From contig CANSNA010000001.1 in the NCBI GenBank assembly GCA_947648255.1, positions 49,983 to 113,982 on the forward strand: a stretch of DNA of 64,000 bases, read 5' to 3'. Shown in pieces: positions 21,751-30,875 of this stretch. Position 1 is the first letter of the stretch. Each line of letters starts with the position of its first letter. The stretch comes from an uncultured Clostridium sp. Lineage in GTDB: Bacteria > Bacillota > Clostridia > TANB77 > CAG-508. The position numbers and the translations under genes are program-made. Below the pieces are notes generated by a model. That model did no database searches. It was not told the origin of the DNA and worked only from the letters and a program-made list of their open reading frames with translations.

Positions 21751-23446
21751 CACTTGGCTTGGCAGACTGCTTAAATCTAGTGGTCTGCCTTTTTATTAGA
21801 CCTAAAACAATGAAGATTAAAAATATACATAAATCTGCTAAAACAATTTTGAATACAAAGTAATCTTTTCCTGTTCTTGGAAGAAACATTCGTTCTTTTT
21901 TATTAGAAACTTCTTCAATTTCTTTTGTATCTTTCTCATTATCCGTTTTTTCTTCTTTTGCTATCTCTTCTTCTATATTTTCAATAGAAATATCTACCTT
22001 TATATTTACATTATCTTTAGCTTCTTCTTTTTCTACTTCGTTTTTTTCTGGTTCTTCCTCTGGTGGTTTTTCTTCTTTATTTTCTTCCTCTTCATATATG
22101 GCTTCTAGTTCAGTTAATTTATTTACTTCAACTGTAAAATCAATTTCTTTAGCTGATAGCTTATATCCATCTTCTATAGATATTTGTCTTATGAAATAGT
22201 CTCCTGTACTAAGAGTTGCTAAAAGTACTCCATCTGTCATTTCATATTCTCCTATATAGCCTATTTGTTTATTATATATCTCATATCTTCCACTTTTTAC
22301 ATTTGATGTTAATTTTATTCTTCCTTTTTCATGTAAGACTCCTATATTTGCTATATAGTTTTCTTTATAATTAATATGTGCAATATATGTATCTTCTTCT
22401 AGTAAATATTTATCTGGAACTTTTTTAATTTTTATTACTAAATCTCCTTTTGGTAAATAAGACATATTTATTCCAGTAGGCTCATTAAGTTGTATCTCAT
22501 TTCCATCAACTTCAATTATTCCTCCTGCTAACATTTGCTTTGTTTCTTTATCTTCAAAATATATGCTTATAGAAGAAAATCTATTGTCAAAAAACTTTTT
22601 ATATTCTTTTACCTCTTCTCCTTCTGAAAGCATAATATATCTTTTTCCTCCTACTGATATCTCAAATAATTCTTCCTTTAGAAAATGTATTTCTGCTTCT
22701 AATTCTATTTCAAAAGTATCTTCTGCAAGTTCATTTGGTATCATAATTTTAAACTTTTCATTTTCAGCTCTAAATTCTTCCTTAGCTTCTCCTGTTTCAT
22801 AATCTGCAAAAAAGTAATCTATTGGAGCCTTTACCTTTTTAGTTTTATACCAAAGTAGCTGTGCTCCTCTACATGAAATATCAAAAGCTTGTGAAGTATA
22901 GTCTGGATTTATCAAATCTTTTTCAAATTCACCTATTTTGCAAAGTTCTATACTTTCTTCATAAGTTTCTTCTCCATTAAGCCCAATTCCTATTAGCCTT
23001 TTTGCTTCTTCTAAGATAGCTCTACTCCTTAGTATTTTGTTTTCTTCTAATAAATCTTCATTTATTCTATAAATAAAATCAAATTCCTCTAAGTTTTTTT
23101 CTTTCATTACAAAATCAATCGCAATTTGATTTGCCATATAATTGTCATCTGAATTTTGTAATTTTTTATTTTTTAGTATTCTTAAAAGTCTCACATCATA
23201 ATATGAAGTCTCAGTTTGAATCTCATTTACTTTTTCTGTATATTCTCCAATTTTGTATATTTCTTTCTTTTCTTTAGTATATTTCGTAATTACTTCTTCT
23301 TGCCAAGTTTCATTTATTTTGATTTCAACTAGATTATCTAGCATCTTTTCATTTATATTTTCTTCTTTTGAGTTTATTGCTAAAACTTTACTAGTTCCCA
23401 CAATAATGGTAAAAAAAGTAATTAGCATAAGTATTTTTTTAGTCAT
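21740..23446 (-). CDS. LPXTG-anchored cell-surface protein with a CnaB-like (prealbumin-fold) domain
   Basis: The protein has a signal peptide (MTKKILMLITFFTIIVGTSKVLA). STGDYFIRQISIEDGYKLSAKEIDFTV resembles a Cna-B repeat. A Glu/Lys-rich spacer follows. The C-terminal sorting signal is LPRTG, then a hydrophobic stretch, then KRQTTRFK. Confidence 0.65.
   Translation of the reverse strand: MTKKILMLITFFTIIVGTSKVLAINSKEENINEKMLDNLVEIKINETWQEEVITKYTKEKKEIYKIGEYTEKVNEIQTETSYYDVRLLRILKNKKLQNSDDNYMANQIAIDFVMKEKNLEEFDFIYRINEDLLEENKILRSRAILEEAKRLIGIGLNGEETYEESIELCKIGEFEKDLINPDYTSQAFDISCRGAQLLWYKTKKVKAPIDYFFADYETGEAKEEFRAENEKFKIMIPNELAEDTFEIELEAEIHFLKEELFEISVGGKRYIMLSEGEEVKEYKKFFDNRFSSISIYFEDKETKQMLAGGIIEVDGNEIQLNEPTGINMSYLPKGDLVIKIKKVPDKYLLEEDTYIAHINYKENYIANIGVLHEKGRIKLTSNVKSGRYEIYNKQIGYIGEYEMTDGVLLATLSTGDYFIRQISIEDGYKLSAKEIDFTVEVNKLTELEAIYEEEENKEEKPPEEEPEKNEVEKEEAKDNVNIKVDISIENIEEEIAKEEKTDNEKDTKEIEEVSNKKERMFLPRTGKDYFVFKIVLADLCIFLIFIVLGLIKRQTTRFKQSAKPSVKE
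21761..21789 (+). terminator. Hairpin plus T-run after spoIVA, lying inside the 3' end of the convergent LPXTG gene
   Basis: The hairpin ggcagac-N15-gtctgcc is followed by ttttt. Confidence 0.35.
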
Positions 23447-23471
23447 CTTTCTTTAAAACTTCCTTTCTAAA

Positions 23472-24115
23472 TTATTTTTCCCTTCCTACAACGCATAGTC
23501 TTTGACTTCTTTGATTTTTAACGCATGTTATAAGAGTTATATTATTTTCCTTTGTGTCTTCTAAAATCTTTACATTTGTTTCTTCAATAATTTCTCTTTT
23601 GAAAACTGTATACCTCCTCTCTCCCATATTTGTTATATATATAATTTCTTCACCTTCTTCAAGTTCATTAATCCTTGAAAAATAGTGAGCATATGAGCCT
23701 TCATTATGAGATGCAAGAGCGATATTTCCGATTCCATAAAGCTGTTTCCTCAAAATGCCCGAACACCATATTTTAAAATATCAGATGAAACACCTTCAAA
23801 AATAGGTGCTTTTACATCTATTGAAGGTATAATAATAAAACCTATTTCACTATATTTATAGTTTGAGTTTTTATTATCTTCTAATATTTTAAATTCTTTT
23901 AATAGATTATTTTCTTCTTGTTCCTTCAAATCTTGCTTTTTTAAAGTTTCTTCTTTGAAGCTTTGATTTTCTTCAATTTTTTTGCTAATTTCAATATCAA
24001 ATTGTTGCTTTATTCTCATATAGTAAAATTTTCTAAGCAGAATGATTCCTAGAGAATTCAAACACAAAATAAGCAAAAATAACAAAGTTACTTTCTTAAA
24101 ATTTAATTTTTTCAT
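23472..24115 (-). CDS. Sortase transpeptidase (class not assigned)
   Basis: The N-terminal TM anchor is followed by ...GHFEETALWNGNIALASHNE... and the catalytic TLITC motif. Two C-GGN insertions (gtt c ggg, aat c gga) join track ORFs 23750..24115 and 23472..23753. Confidence 0.7.
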
Positions 24116-24296
24116 TTTACATCCTTTTTTATTATTTGGGTAAATAATTTAGAATATTTTTGATGGCAATAAACTTGCCCTGGATTAAAACTTTTTGAAT
24201 AAAGTTTTTAATAAAATTATGTTTTTTATAATAGCACGCATTCTTTAAAAAGTCAATAGGTAAACTGAAATTTTTTCAAAAAAAATACCTAAGCAG

Positions 24297-24347
24297 GAGA
24301 CTCACTTAGCATATGCTTAGCTTTTAGCTACCTTACTTAGGTTTTAT
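24297..24347. terminator. Bidirectional terminator-like structure between the DUF3048 gene and the sortase/LPXTG unit
   Basis: Complementary arms acctaag...cttaggt enclose an AGCATATGCT palindrome. An A8 run lies upstream and T4 downstream. Confidence 0.3.
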
Positions 24348-24376
24348 CATTTTAAATACAAGAAACATGTCTACTA

Positions 24377-25424
24377 TGTAAATGACACATTCATAGAAGG
24401 TGGTACTATTTGTATCCATGTGTTTCCATCATTTACTTCTATTTCATTTCCTTCTAAATCTTGATATTCTGTTCTTCCGCTTCTTGTTGTTTTTTTACAT
24501 TTTATTTTTGTTGCCATTCCGATTACTTATATAGTATCCATCTAATGTTCCGATATTTTGAATTGCCTGTCTTCCATATCCATTTTCTTCATCTGTTGTA
24601 TAATTGTTTGCAAAAGTTATAATTATATTTTTAGTAGTTAGCACTTCTCCTGATAGCCAGTCTTTTTGAACTGAATTTCCTACATATCTCTCATAAAGTT
24701 TCTTTTCTCCATTGTAAACATATTTTACTTTAGAAGTAGCATATGGTACATTAACAGTTGTTGCAGGTGCTCCTGCTGATAAGTCTACTTCATCTACAAC
24801 ATAATTTAAAACATTTCTATCTTTTGCTGTTGTTCTATATTTTCTAGATTCTGCATATTTCCAAACTTCTGCAACCTTAACTATTGCATTATGAGGAGCT
24901 TGTTTTTTATTTGTTCTCCAAAATACTTTTCCTGGTGAATCTATTCCATTAACATTATTCATATTAAAAGACTCTACTTCACTAAGTGCTTTAGGGCTAC
25001 CTCCATAGTGCACAAATATACTATCATTTTCCATAGCATAATCTATAAAATATGGTCTTGCAGATCTAGATGGTCCAATATCTTCTACTTTTGGGTCTTT
25101 AAATACAGCAAGATATCTTGTCAAGTTTCCTTCAACATATGCTTCATAAACAATCATTGCCTCATTTAAACCAGTTTGAGGTATTGCAGATCCAACATTG
25201 TCTATAATAACTGCAATATTTCTTTTGTCATTATCATACTTAGATTTTGGCTTTTCTGACTCTTTTTTATTCTCTATTCCTACTGTTATCACATCATTTT
25301 CATCTTTGTCTGACATGTCTACAACTTTTTTTGCTTCTTCACTATCTACAAATTTTATAGCTAGTAAAACCCCTAGTCCAATAACTACTATAACTAATAG
25401 TGCAACTAAAATTTTAACTTTCAT
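24377..25424 (-). CDS. DUF3048-family lipoprotein/secreted protein (YerB-like)
   Basis: A signal-anchor leads into ...AVIIDNVGSAIPQTGLNEA...RSARPYFIDYA..., characteristic of DUF3048. The C-terminus continues past the track ORF end at 24495 in another frame. Confidence 0.6.
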
Positions 25425-25427
25425 TAC

Positions 25428-25901
25428 TTAAATTTCAACCCTTTCAAAACCTACTTTTTTTAGTATATTTTCTTCTTTTGCTCTCATTTTGTTTTTATCT
25501 TCTTCTTCCATATGATCATACCCCATAAGATGATAAAACCCATGAACTAACATATATGCAAACTCTCTATCAAAACCATGCCCAAATTCTTCTGCTTGGC
25601 TTTGTACTCTAGGGATACAAATTATTATATCTCCTAGTACTTCTTCTTGTTGTTTTATACTTTCTATTTCTTCTTTTTCAAACATTGGAAATGATAGCAC
25701 ATCTGTTATACTGTCTACATTTCTAAACTTAGAGTTTATTTTTTTTATATATTCTTCATTTGAGATTATTATACTTAAGTAAATTTTGCCATTATATAAG
25801 CCTTCTTCTTTAAAGCATGTTTCATAAACTTTATCTATAATTTCTTGAAATTTTTTATCTTCTTCTATTCCCTCATATGTAATTTCAGCTAATTTTCTCA
25901 T
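25428..25901 (-). CDS. ybeY: Endoribonuclease YbeY (rRNA maturation factor)
   Basis: The HGFYHLMGYDH metal-binding motif is present. The protein is 157 aa. Confidence 0.88.
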   Translation of the reverse strand: MRKLAEITYEGIEEDKKFQEIIDKVYETCFKEEGLYNGKIYLSIIISNEEYIKKINSKFRNVDSITDVLSFPMFEKEEIESIKQQEEVLGDIIICIPRVQSQAEEFGHGFDREFAYMLVHGFYHLMGYDHMEEEDKNKMRAKEENILKKVGFERVEI

Positions 25902-27088
25902 ACTCTTACCGCTTTCTTAGTGCAATTCTTAAAAGTTTTGTATTTATTTTTAACTCTTCTTAAAGCTCCATATTCTACAAGTTTATCTTTATAGAATTTG
26001 ATAATTTGTTTATTTTTATCCTTTTCTTCTAATATCTTTAGTTCTTTTTTTATAAATAGTATTTCTTTTTGAACTTGTCCATCAACATTTTCTTTAGTGA
26101 TTTTTTTGTATTCATCCCAGAATTTTTTGTATTCTTCTCTATCTTGTGGGACTTCCCAATATATCTTTGTTGATAGAAGTCTTACATTATATTCTTGTAT
26201 TAAATCTATCAAAAGTTTATATGCTGCTTGTTTTTTGTTTTCTATTTTTGTTTCAACAATTAGATTTCTTGCTTCATTTATTAGTTCTTCATAACACTGT
26301 TCTGCAACAACTAGAGGTAAACTGTGTGTAAATAGTTTTCTACTAATTGCAAGTAAATACATCCTTTTTTCAATTTGATCTCTTGTATCTAGCTTACCTG
26401 CCAAGAAACTCTCTACTTTTTCATTTTCAGCTAATATTTCTTTATAGTCTTCCTTACCTTCTAGTTTAATCTTTATAGGTAAAATATTTGCTATATAGTC
26501 TTCTAGTGTTTCAAAAATACTATCATAAAGACCTTCTCTATCAATTAAATTTGCTGATACCTTATCTGCAAGTTGAACAGAATAATTTTTAAGTATTCCC
26601 TTATATATTCCATTCATTTTTGAAGCATAGAACCCTTTATATTTTTCAAGTTGCTTTTCTTTATTTTCATTTCTCAAAGACATGTAATCTAAATCTAATA
26701 AATATTTTTGTTTTCTATATTTATATTCTAAATATTGTGTTTCTTTTAAATGTATGACTGCATAATACCTTGAAAGTGCTTCTTCTTCAAAAGTTGTTGC
26801 TGTTTTTGCTCTTACTTTTTTGTAAATTGAATCCATAACATATTTATCAATTGATTCTAGGTATAGAATAAATGCATCTTCATATTTCTTTTGTAACATT
26901 TCTTCTTTTTCTTCTTCTTTATTATTTGTAACTGTTTCATAATTTTTTAATACATTGTTTCTCTTTAGTGTGATTAACATTCCGTTAATGCCTATTTTAG
27001 TAGGTATTAATAATTTGCTTATTGTTGTTGAAATTTTTGAAAAAAACGCTTTATCTGTTTTTGCGACTCTAAGTCCTCTTTCTTCCAT
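25898..27088 (-). CDS. Hypothetical 396-aa soluble protein. It occupies the position normally held by phoH/yqfF between yqfD and ybeY.
   Basis: The ORF is intact. Its stop overlaps the ybeY start (ATGA). It has no Walker A, HD or TM motif and is Lys/Glu-rich. Confidence 0.5.
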   Translation of the reverse strand: MEERGLRVAKTDKAFFSKISTTISKLLIPTKIGINGMLITLKRNNVLKNYETVTNNKEEEKEEMLQKKYEDAFILYLESIDKYVMDSIYKKVRAKTATTFEEEALSRYYAVIHLKETQYLEYKYRKQKYLLDLDYMSLRNENKEKQLEKYKGFYASKMNGIYKGILKNYSVQLADKVSANLIDREGLYDSIFETLEDYIANILPIKIKLEGKEDYKEILAENEKVESFLAGKLDTRDQIEKRMYLLAISRKLFTHSLPLVVAEQCYEELINEARNLIVETKIENKKQAAYKLLIDLIQEYNVRLLSTKIYWEVPQDREEYKKFWDEYKKITKENVDGQVQKEILFIKKELKILEEKDKNKQIIKFYKDKLVEYGALRRVKNKYKTFKNCTKKAVRV

Positions 27089-27103
27089 AGTATCCCTCCT
27101 AAA

Positions 27104-28150
27104 TTAAATCATCTTTTCTTCAGTTCCAATACTCTCTAGTACTTCATATATCACTTCTACCTCTATAAATGTTTTATCTTCATTTTCATTTATTTGGATA
27201 TTAGTTATTCCCTCTTTATTTTCTATTTCTTTGGCAAGTTCAGCTTTAAGTTTTTCTTTAAGTTTCTCTTTTGCCTCCTCTTTTGTATACACTTCTTCTT
27301 TTTCTTCTAATTCGTAATATGTAGAAATCCCTAAGGTTATTGGCAGATAAAAATCTGAAAATAGTTTTAATTTTTTATCTTCTACTATTGTATCATACTT
27401 TTGAAATTTTGGAAGACTTTTCCCTAAATTTATTTGAAAATTATTTAATTTTATACAATATTTTTTTTGAGTATTTCCTGTCTTGCTTACGGCTACTTGC
27501 TTTAGATCCATTTTTTCTTTTTTGCTATACCATACTTTTGCAATTACTTCTCCCTCTCCGATGAACATATCTTGTTCCTGTAAATTGCCCTTCCATATAT
27601 CCACCGTATTAAGATGCTTCCGCTTTTCTACAATGTCTCCAACTTTTGCAACTGCTGTTCCTGATTTTGCAGTTATTTTAGTTATTTGCCCAGTCTTTTT
27701 TGAAACAATATTACAGTATTCATCTTCTTTTATAATTTCTGGTTTTTTTGTTTTTTCTGCAAGTTTTACAACTATATTTGTTCCACTTAAATCTATTCTC
27801 ATCCATGCTATGTCATCACGTTTTAGTCTTATTTGATTTATTATATCTTGTGGATTTATGTCTTTCTTTTTAGCACCAATGTCTAATCCAAAATTCTTTA
27901 ATTCTTCAAGTATTTCTGCATTTTCTATGTTTTCTGTCCCTTCTATTTCTATATTCCAAACAAATTTAGATTCTACATATACAAGTGCTGTAATTAAAAG
28001 AAGCAATGCGAAAAATATTTTTCTTTTTTTATACCTATCCAAGAAAAACGGAAGACCTCTTCTTGAATTTAGTTTTATTCTGCATCCTGTTTTTTTTGAG
28101 ACTTCTTTTAATTTTTTAAAGTCGTCTATTCCGAACATTTGCATGAGCAA
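27104..28150 (-). CDS. yqfD: Sporulation protein YqfD (stage IV sporulation family)
   Basis: The protein has one TM segment followed by ...FVWNIEIEG... It is syntenic with yqfC. Confidence 0.65.
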   Translation of the reverse strand: MLMQMFGIDDFKKLKEVSKKTGCRIKLNSRRGLPFFLDRYKKRKIFFALLLLITALVYVESKFVWNIEIEGTENIENAEILEELKNFGLDIGAKKKDINPQDIINQIRLKRDDIAWMRIDLSGTNIVVKLAEKTKKPEIIKEDEYCNIVSKKTGQITKITAKSGTAVAKVGDIVEKRKHLNTVDIWKGNLQEQDMFIGEGEVIAKVWYSKKEKMDLKQVAVSKTGNTQKKYCIKLNNFQINLGKSLPKFQKYDTIVEDKKLKLFSDFYLPITLGISTYYELEEKEEVYTKEEAKEKLKEKLKAELAKEIENKEGITNIQINENEDKTFIEVEVIYEVLESIGTEEKMI

Positions 28151-28329
28151 GACTTGATCGTTCTATTTTTACATTCCATAAAAATATGCCTTTTGCTATA
28201 CAGACATTTATAAATCTTTCTATATAATACCCTTCAAAAGATATATTTACATATCCTAAGATATATCTTAGTAAAATTTTAAATATCACTCTTTTTTCCT
28301 CTTTCTATTCGTTTTCTTCAAAATCTATA

Positions 28330-28578
28330 CTATCTATTTTTCCGCATTACCATTATGTCGTCTTTATTCATTTGTATTAACTTTAAATTAACTCCACTAA
28401 TATTTACTGCACCAATATATGTATTTACCTTTATAAATATTTCGTCATATTCTAAGATGTTTTTATAGTTTTCTATTACAATTTCTTCAAACCCAACTAT
28501 TGTTATCTTTGGTTTGTCTGTCATAATTTCTTCTGGCATTTCTAAAAGTGCTGTTATTTTACTTAATTTACCTTTCAA
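28330..28578 (-). CDS. yqfC: Sporulation protein YqfC
   Basis: The protein is 82 aa with YqfC-like ...ITIVGFEEIVIENY... It lies immediately upstream of yqfD. Confidence 0.65.
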   Translation of the reverse strand: MKGKLSKITALLEMPEEIMTDKPKITIVGFEEIVIENYKNILEYDEIFIKVNTYIGAVNISGVNLKLIQMNKDDIMVMRKNR

Positions 28579-28628
28579 GTTTAAATTCTACTCCTTTCAC
28601 TTAAGTCCTATTTAATCATATTACTAAA

Positions 28629-28664
28629 GGCTAAAAACAAGAACTTCAAGTTTTGTTTTTAGCC
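28629..28664. promoter_or_regulatory. Strong 12-bp perfect hairpin without a U-tract, 50 nt upstream of yqfC
   Basis: The hairpin is ggctaaaaacaa-gaacttcaag-ttgtttttagcc. Confidence 0.4.
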
Positions 28665-28803
28665 AAGCTTCTTCATAAAATATTAATACTTTTTTTAATA
28701 ACCTTTCACATATAGTTCACAAAAACGACACATTAGATTGTTATATTATAGTTACACTAATTAAAAATAGTGAAAAACATCCCCTTTTATTTTTTATTTT
28801 AAA

Positions 28804-28830
28804 AGACCAAGAAACTCTGAGTTTTTTGGT
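28804..28830 (-). terminator. Terminator after the 28846..29685 gene
   Basis: The hairpin gaccaagaaactctgagttttttggtc is followed by U-rich sequence on the minus-strand RNA. Confidence 0.45.
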
Positions 28831-28845
28831 CTTTTTTACTAATTT

Positions 28846-29685
28846 TTATTTTATATAAACAACATCATGTTCTGTTGTAAATGTCTTATTTCCATATGCA
28901 TAGATTATATAGATGCTACTATTTGGTCCTAATAGATAGTTGTTTGAATTTTTTATTTCATACATTTCGTCTTTTGAGTTTCTTTTGTATACTTCATATC
29001 CTAAGAATGATAAGTTATTTGCATAATTTATTGCTTCTTGTACTTTTACATTTATTTGTGCTTTTACTGTGCTTTCATTTATTCCTTTTACTTTTAGCAT
29101 TTCTTCTAAGCTAATTATTTGATTTGTTGATAAGTTATAGTTATATCCTTGTATTATAACTCTTTGTGCATTATTTCCTTCTTTTAGTGTTGCTTTTATT
29201 ACAAGTGATAGTATATTTTCATTTAAGTATGCAGAATATGTTACAGTATAGATACTTTTTTTAGGCTTTTCTTTCTTTGCTTCTTCGATTATGCTATTTA
29301 TTTTTTCATAAAAAAGTGTGTTTATTTCTTTATTTATATTTAGCGTTTTTTCATGGTTTATATTTATAACTGGAATGCTTGCTTGTATTTCATATTTGTC
29401 TTCATATATTTCATTTAATGTAAAGGTTGTATATACAATATCTTTTGTTTGCTCTATTTTATTTATAATATGTGAGGTAGTATAGTTTTGTAGATGCAAA
29501 CTATTATCAAACAAATCATTAAAAGCCACATCTTCTATAACAACTGGTGCATCTGGCTCTTTTGGTGCCTTTGTTTTCTTGATAAATATTTGATAATATA
29601 TCCCATAAGACAAGGCAAGCACACAAACTGCTATAATTACTATAAAACATATATTTTTAACATTCATTTCAATTTTAATTTTCAT
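28846..29685 (-). CDS. Hypothetical membrane-anchored extracytoplasmic protein (279 aa)
   Basis: The protein has an N-terminal TM segment. It may resemble DUF4163/DUF3298 (RsiV/PdaC-type) domains, but this is not certain. Confidence 0.45.
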   Translation of the reverse strand: MKIKIEMNVKNICFIVIIAVCVLALSYGIYYQIFIKKTKAPKEPDAPVVIEDVAFNDLFDNSLHLQNYTTSHIINKIEQTKDIVYTTFTLNEIYEDKYEIQASIPVININHEKTLNINKEINTLFYEKINSIIEEAKKEKPKKSIYTVTYSAYLNENILSLVIKATLKEGNNAQRVIIQGYNYNLSTNQIISLEEMLKVKGINESTVKAQINVKVQEAINYANNLSFLGYEVYKRNSKDEMYEIKNSNNYLLGPNSSIYIIYAYGNKTFTTEHDVVYIK

Positions 29686-29795
29686 TTGCTTTTCTCCTAT
29701 CTCTTTAGAATATTTACTATATAATTAATTATAGCACTTTTTATAGTTGCCAAGTTATATAAATCATGATTTTTTAGTAACTACTTTGGCAACCT

Positions 29796-30737
29796 CTATT
29801 TCATTACTAATTCATACATTTGCTCATTATCATTCCATTCTAATTTTACACTCTCGTTAAGACATACTATAGGTCTAAACCCATTAGAGTAACTGCTAGC
29901 TCCCCCTGTGTAATTCTCGCTTATTAATAACAACGCAAAGCCACCATTTGTATCTGATGGAATAGCGGTCCAATATGTTTTACCATTGTTTCTAAATTTT
30001 GAAGCAGTTAATATCTTTTCATAAGTGCGTCGGTTATATCCATGTTCTGTATTTGGTTTGGGTTCTATAGTTTCATCTGTTGTTTCATTCCAAATTTTAC
30101 ATAGCATGTCTAATGTGGGACCACCTATTGCCCAATCAGCGTAATTTTCATTTCTATAGTTCTGCCATACATCATTATCTAACAAATATAGCATCATTTT
30201 TTTATTATCAGTATTGCTTTCATATCCTGAGTCAATCCAACTTTTAGTCCACTTTTCTGCTGCTAAATACCTACTACTTTGTGTTATTAACAGTTTCGTT
30301 CCTCCATTGTACTTTGTACTTTTTACTGCATTTTCTAACTTCCCTGTATATGCAAGATTGCTAGATATTAAATATATATTACTTTCATCTGCAAAAAAAA
30401 TTTCCCATTCTATTTTTTCTCCTGTATCCGTTTTTTTTGATACTTCATAATTTATCTTTTTCCCATAATTACTCTTATCTGCTGCTATAGCTGATGCATC
30501 TTTTATCTGGCTTCCTTCAATCTGGTTTATTGCATCTTCTAAATTATTTTCTAAATTATCCATTTCTTTTATCTCATTTGCTTGTGCAATTGCATAATTT
30601 ATTATTCCACTACTTGCATATTCTATAATATTTAGTTCAAAAACTAACTTAATACTTATTGCAGCTATGATGATAAGTACTATTATTGTGATAATTAATG
30701 CTACTAAAGTTATTCCATTTTCCTTTTTATTTTTCAT
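29796..30737 (-). CDS. Orphan prepilin-type protein (313 aa) with the same K-G-I-T-L-V-A-L-I-I-T-I-I-V-L N-terminus as the pil-cluster major pilin
   Basis: MKNKKENGITLVALIITIIVLIIIAAISI, followed by a 280-aa globular region. The N-terminus is paralogous to the 41859..42113 product, including the NYAxAQ segment. Confidence 0.6.
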   Translation of the reverse strand: MKNKKENGITLVALIITIIVLIIIAAISIKLVFELNIIEYASSGIINYAIAQANEIKEMDNLENNLEDAINQIEGSQIKDASAIAADKSNYGKKINYEVSKKTDTGEKIEWEIFFADESNIYLISSNLAYTGKLENAVKSTKYNGGTKLLITQSSRYLAAEKWTKSWIDSGYESNTDNKKMMLYLLDNDVWQNYRNENYADWAIGGPTLDMLCKIWNETTDETIEPKPNTEHGYNRRTYEKILTASKFRNNGKTYWTAIPSDTNGGFALLLISENYTGGASSYSNGFRPIVCLNESVKLEWNDNEQMYELVMK

Positions 30738-30875
30738 ATGTTCTCCTATGACATTTTATTATTTAATTTTATTTTAATCTATATATCCCAAAAAGTCAAT
30801 GGAATTCCTTGACTTTTTTCCATTTTTGCTGTATTATTAATTGATATATTTTAAGCAAAAGGAGGACTTAATTTT

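Noticed and set aside
24116-24376. Small RNA or riboswitch in the 260-bp gap between the sortase and the DUF3048 gene
   Set aside because: Part of the gap is the frameshifted C-terminus of the DUF3048 protein. The rest is explained by a bidirectional terminator-like palindrome, with no conserved riboswitch core recognisable.
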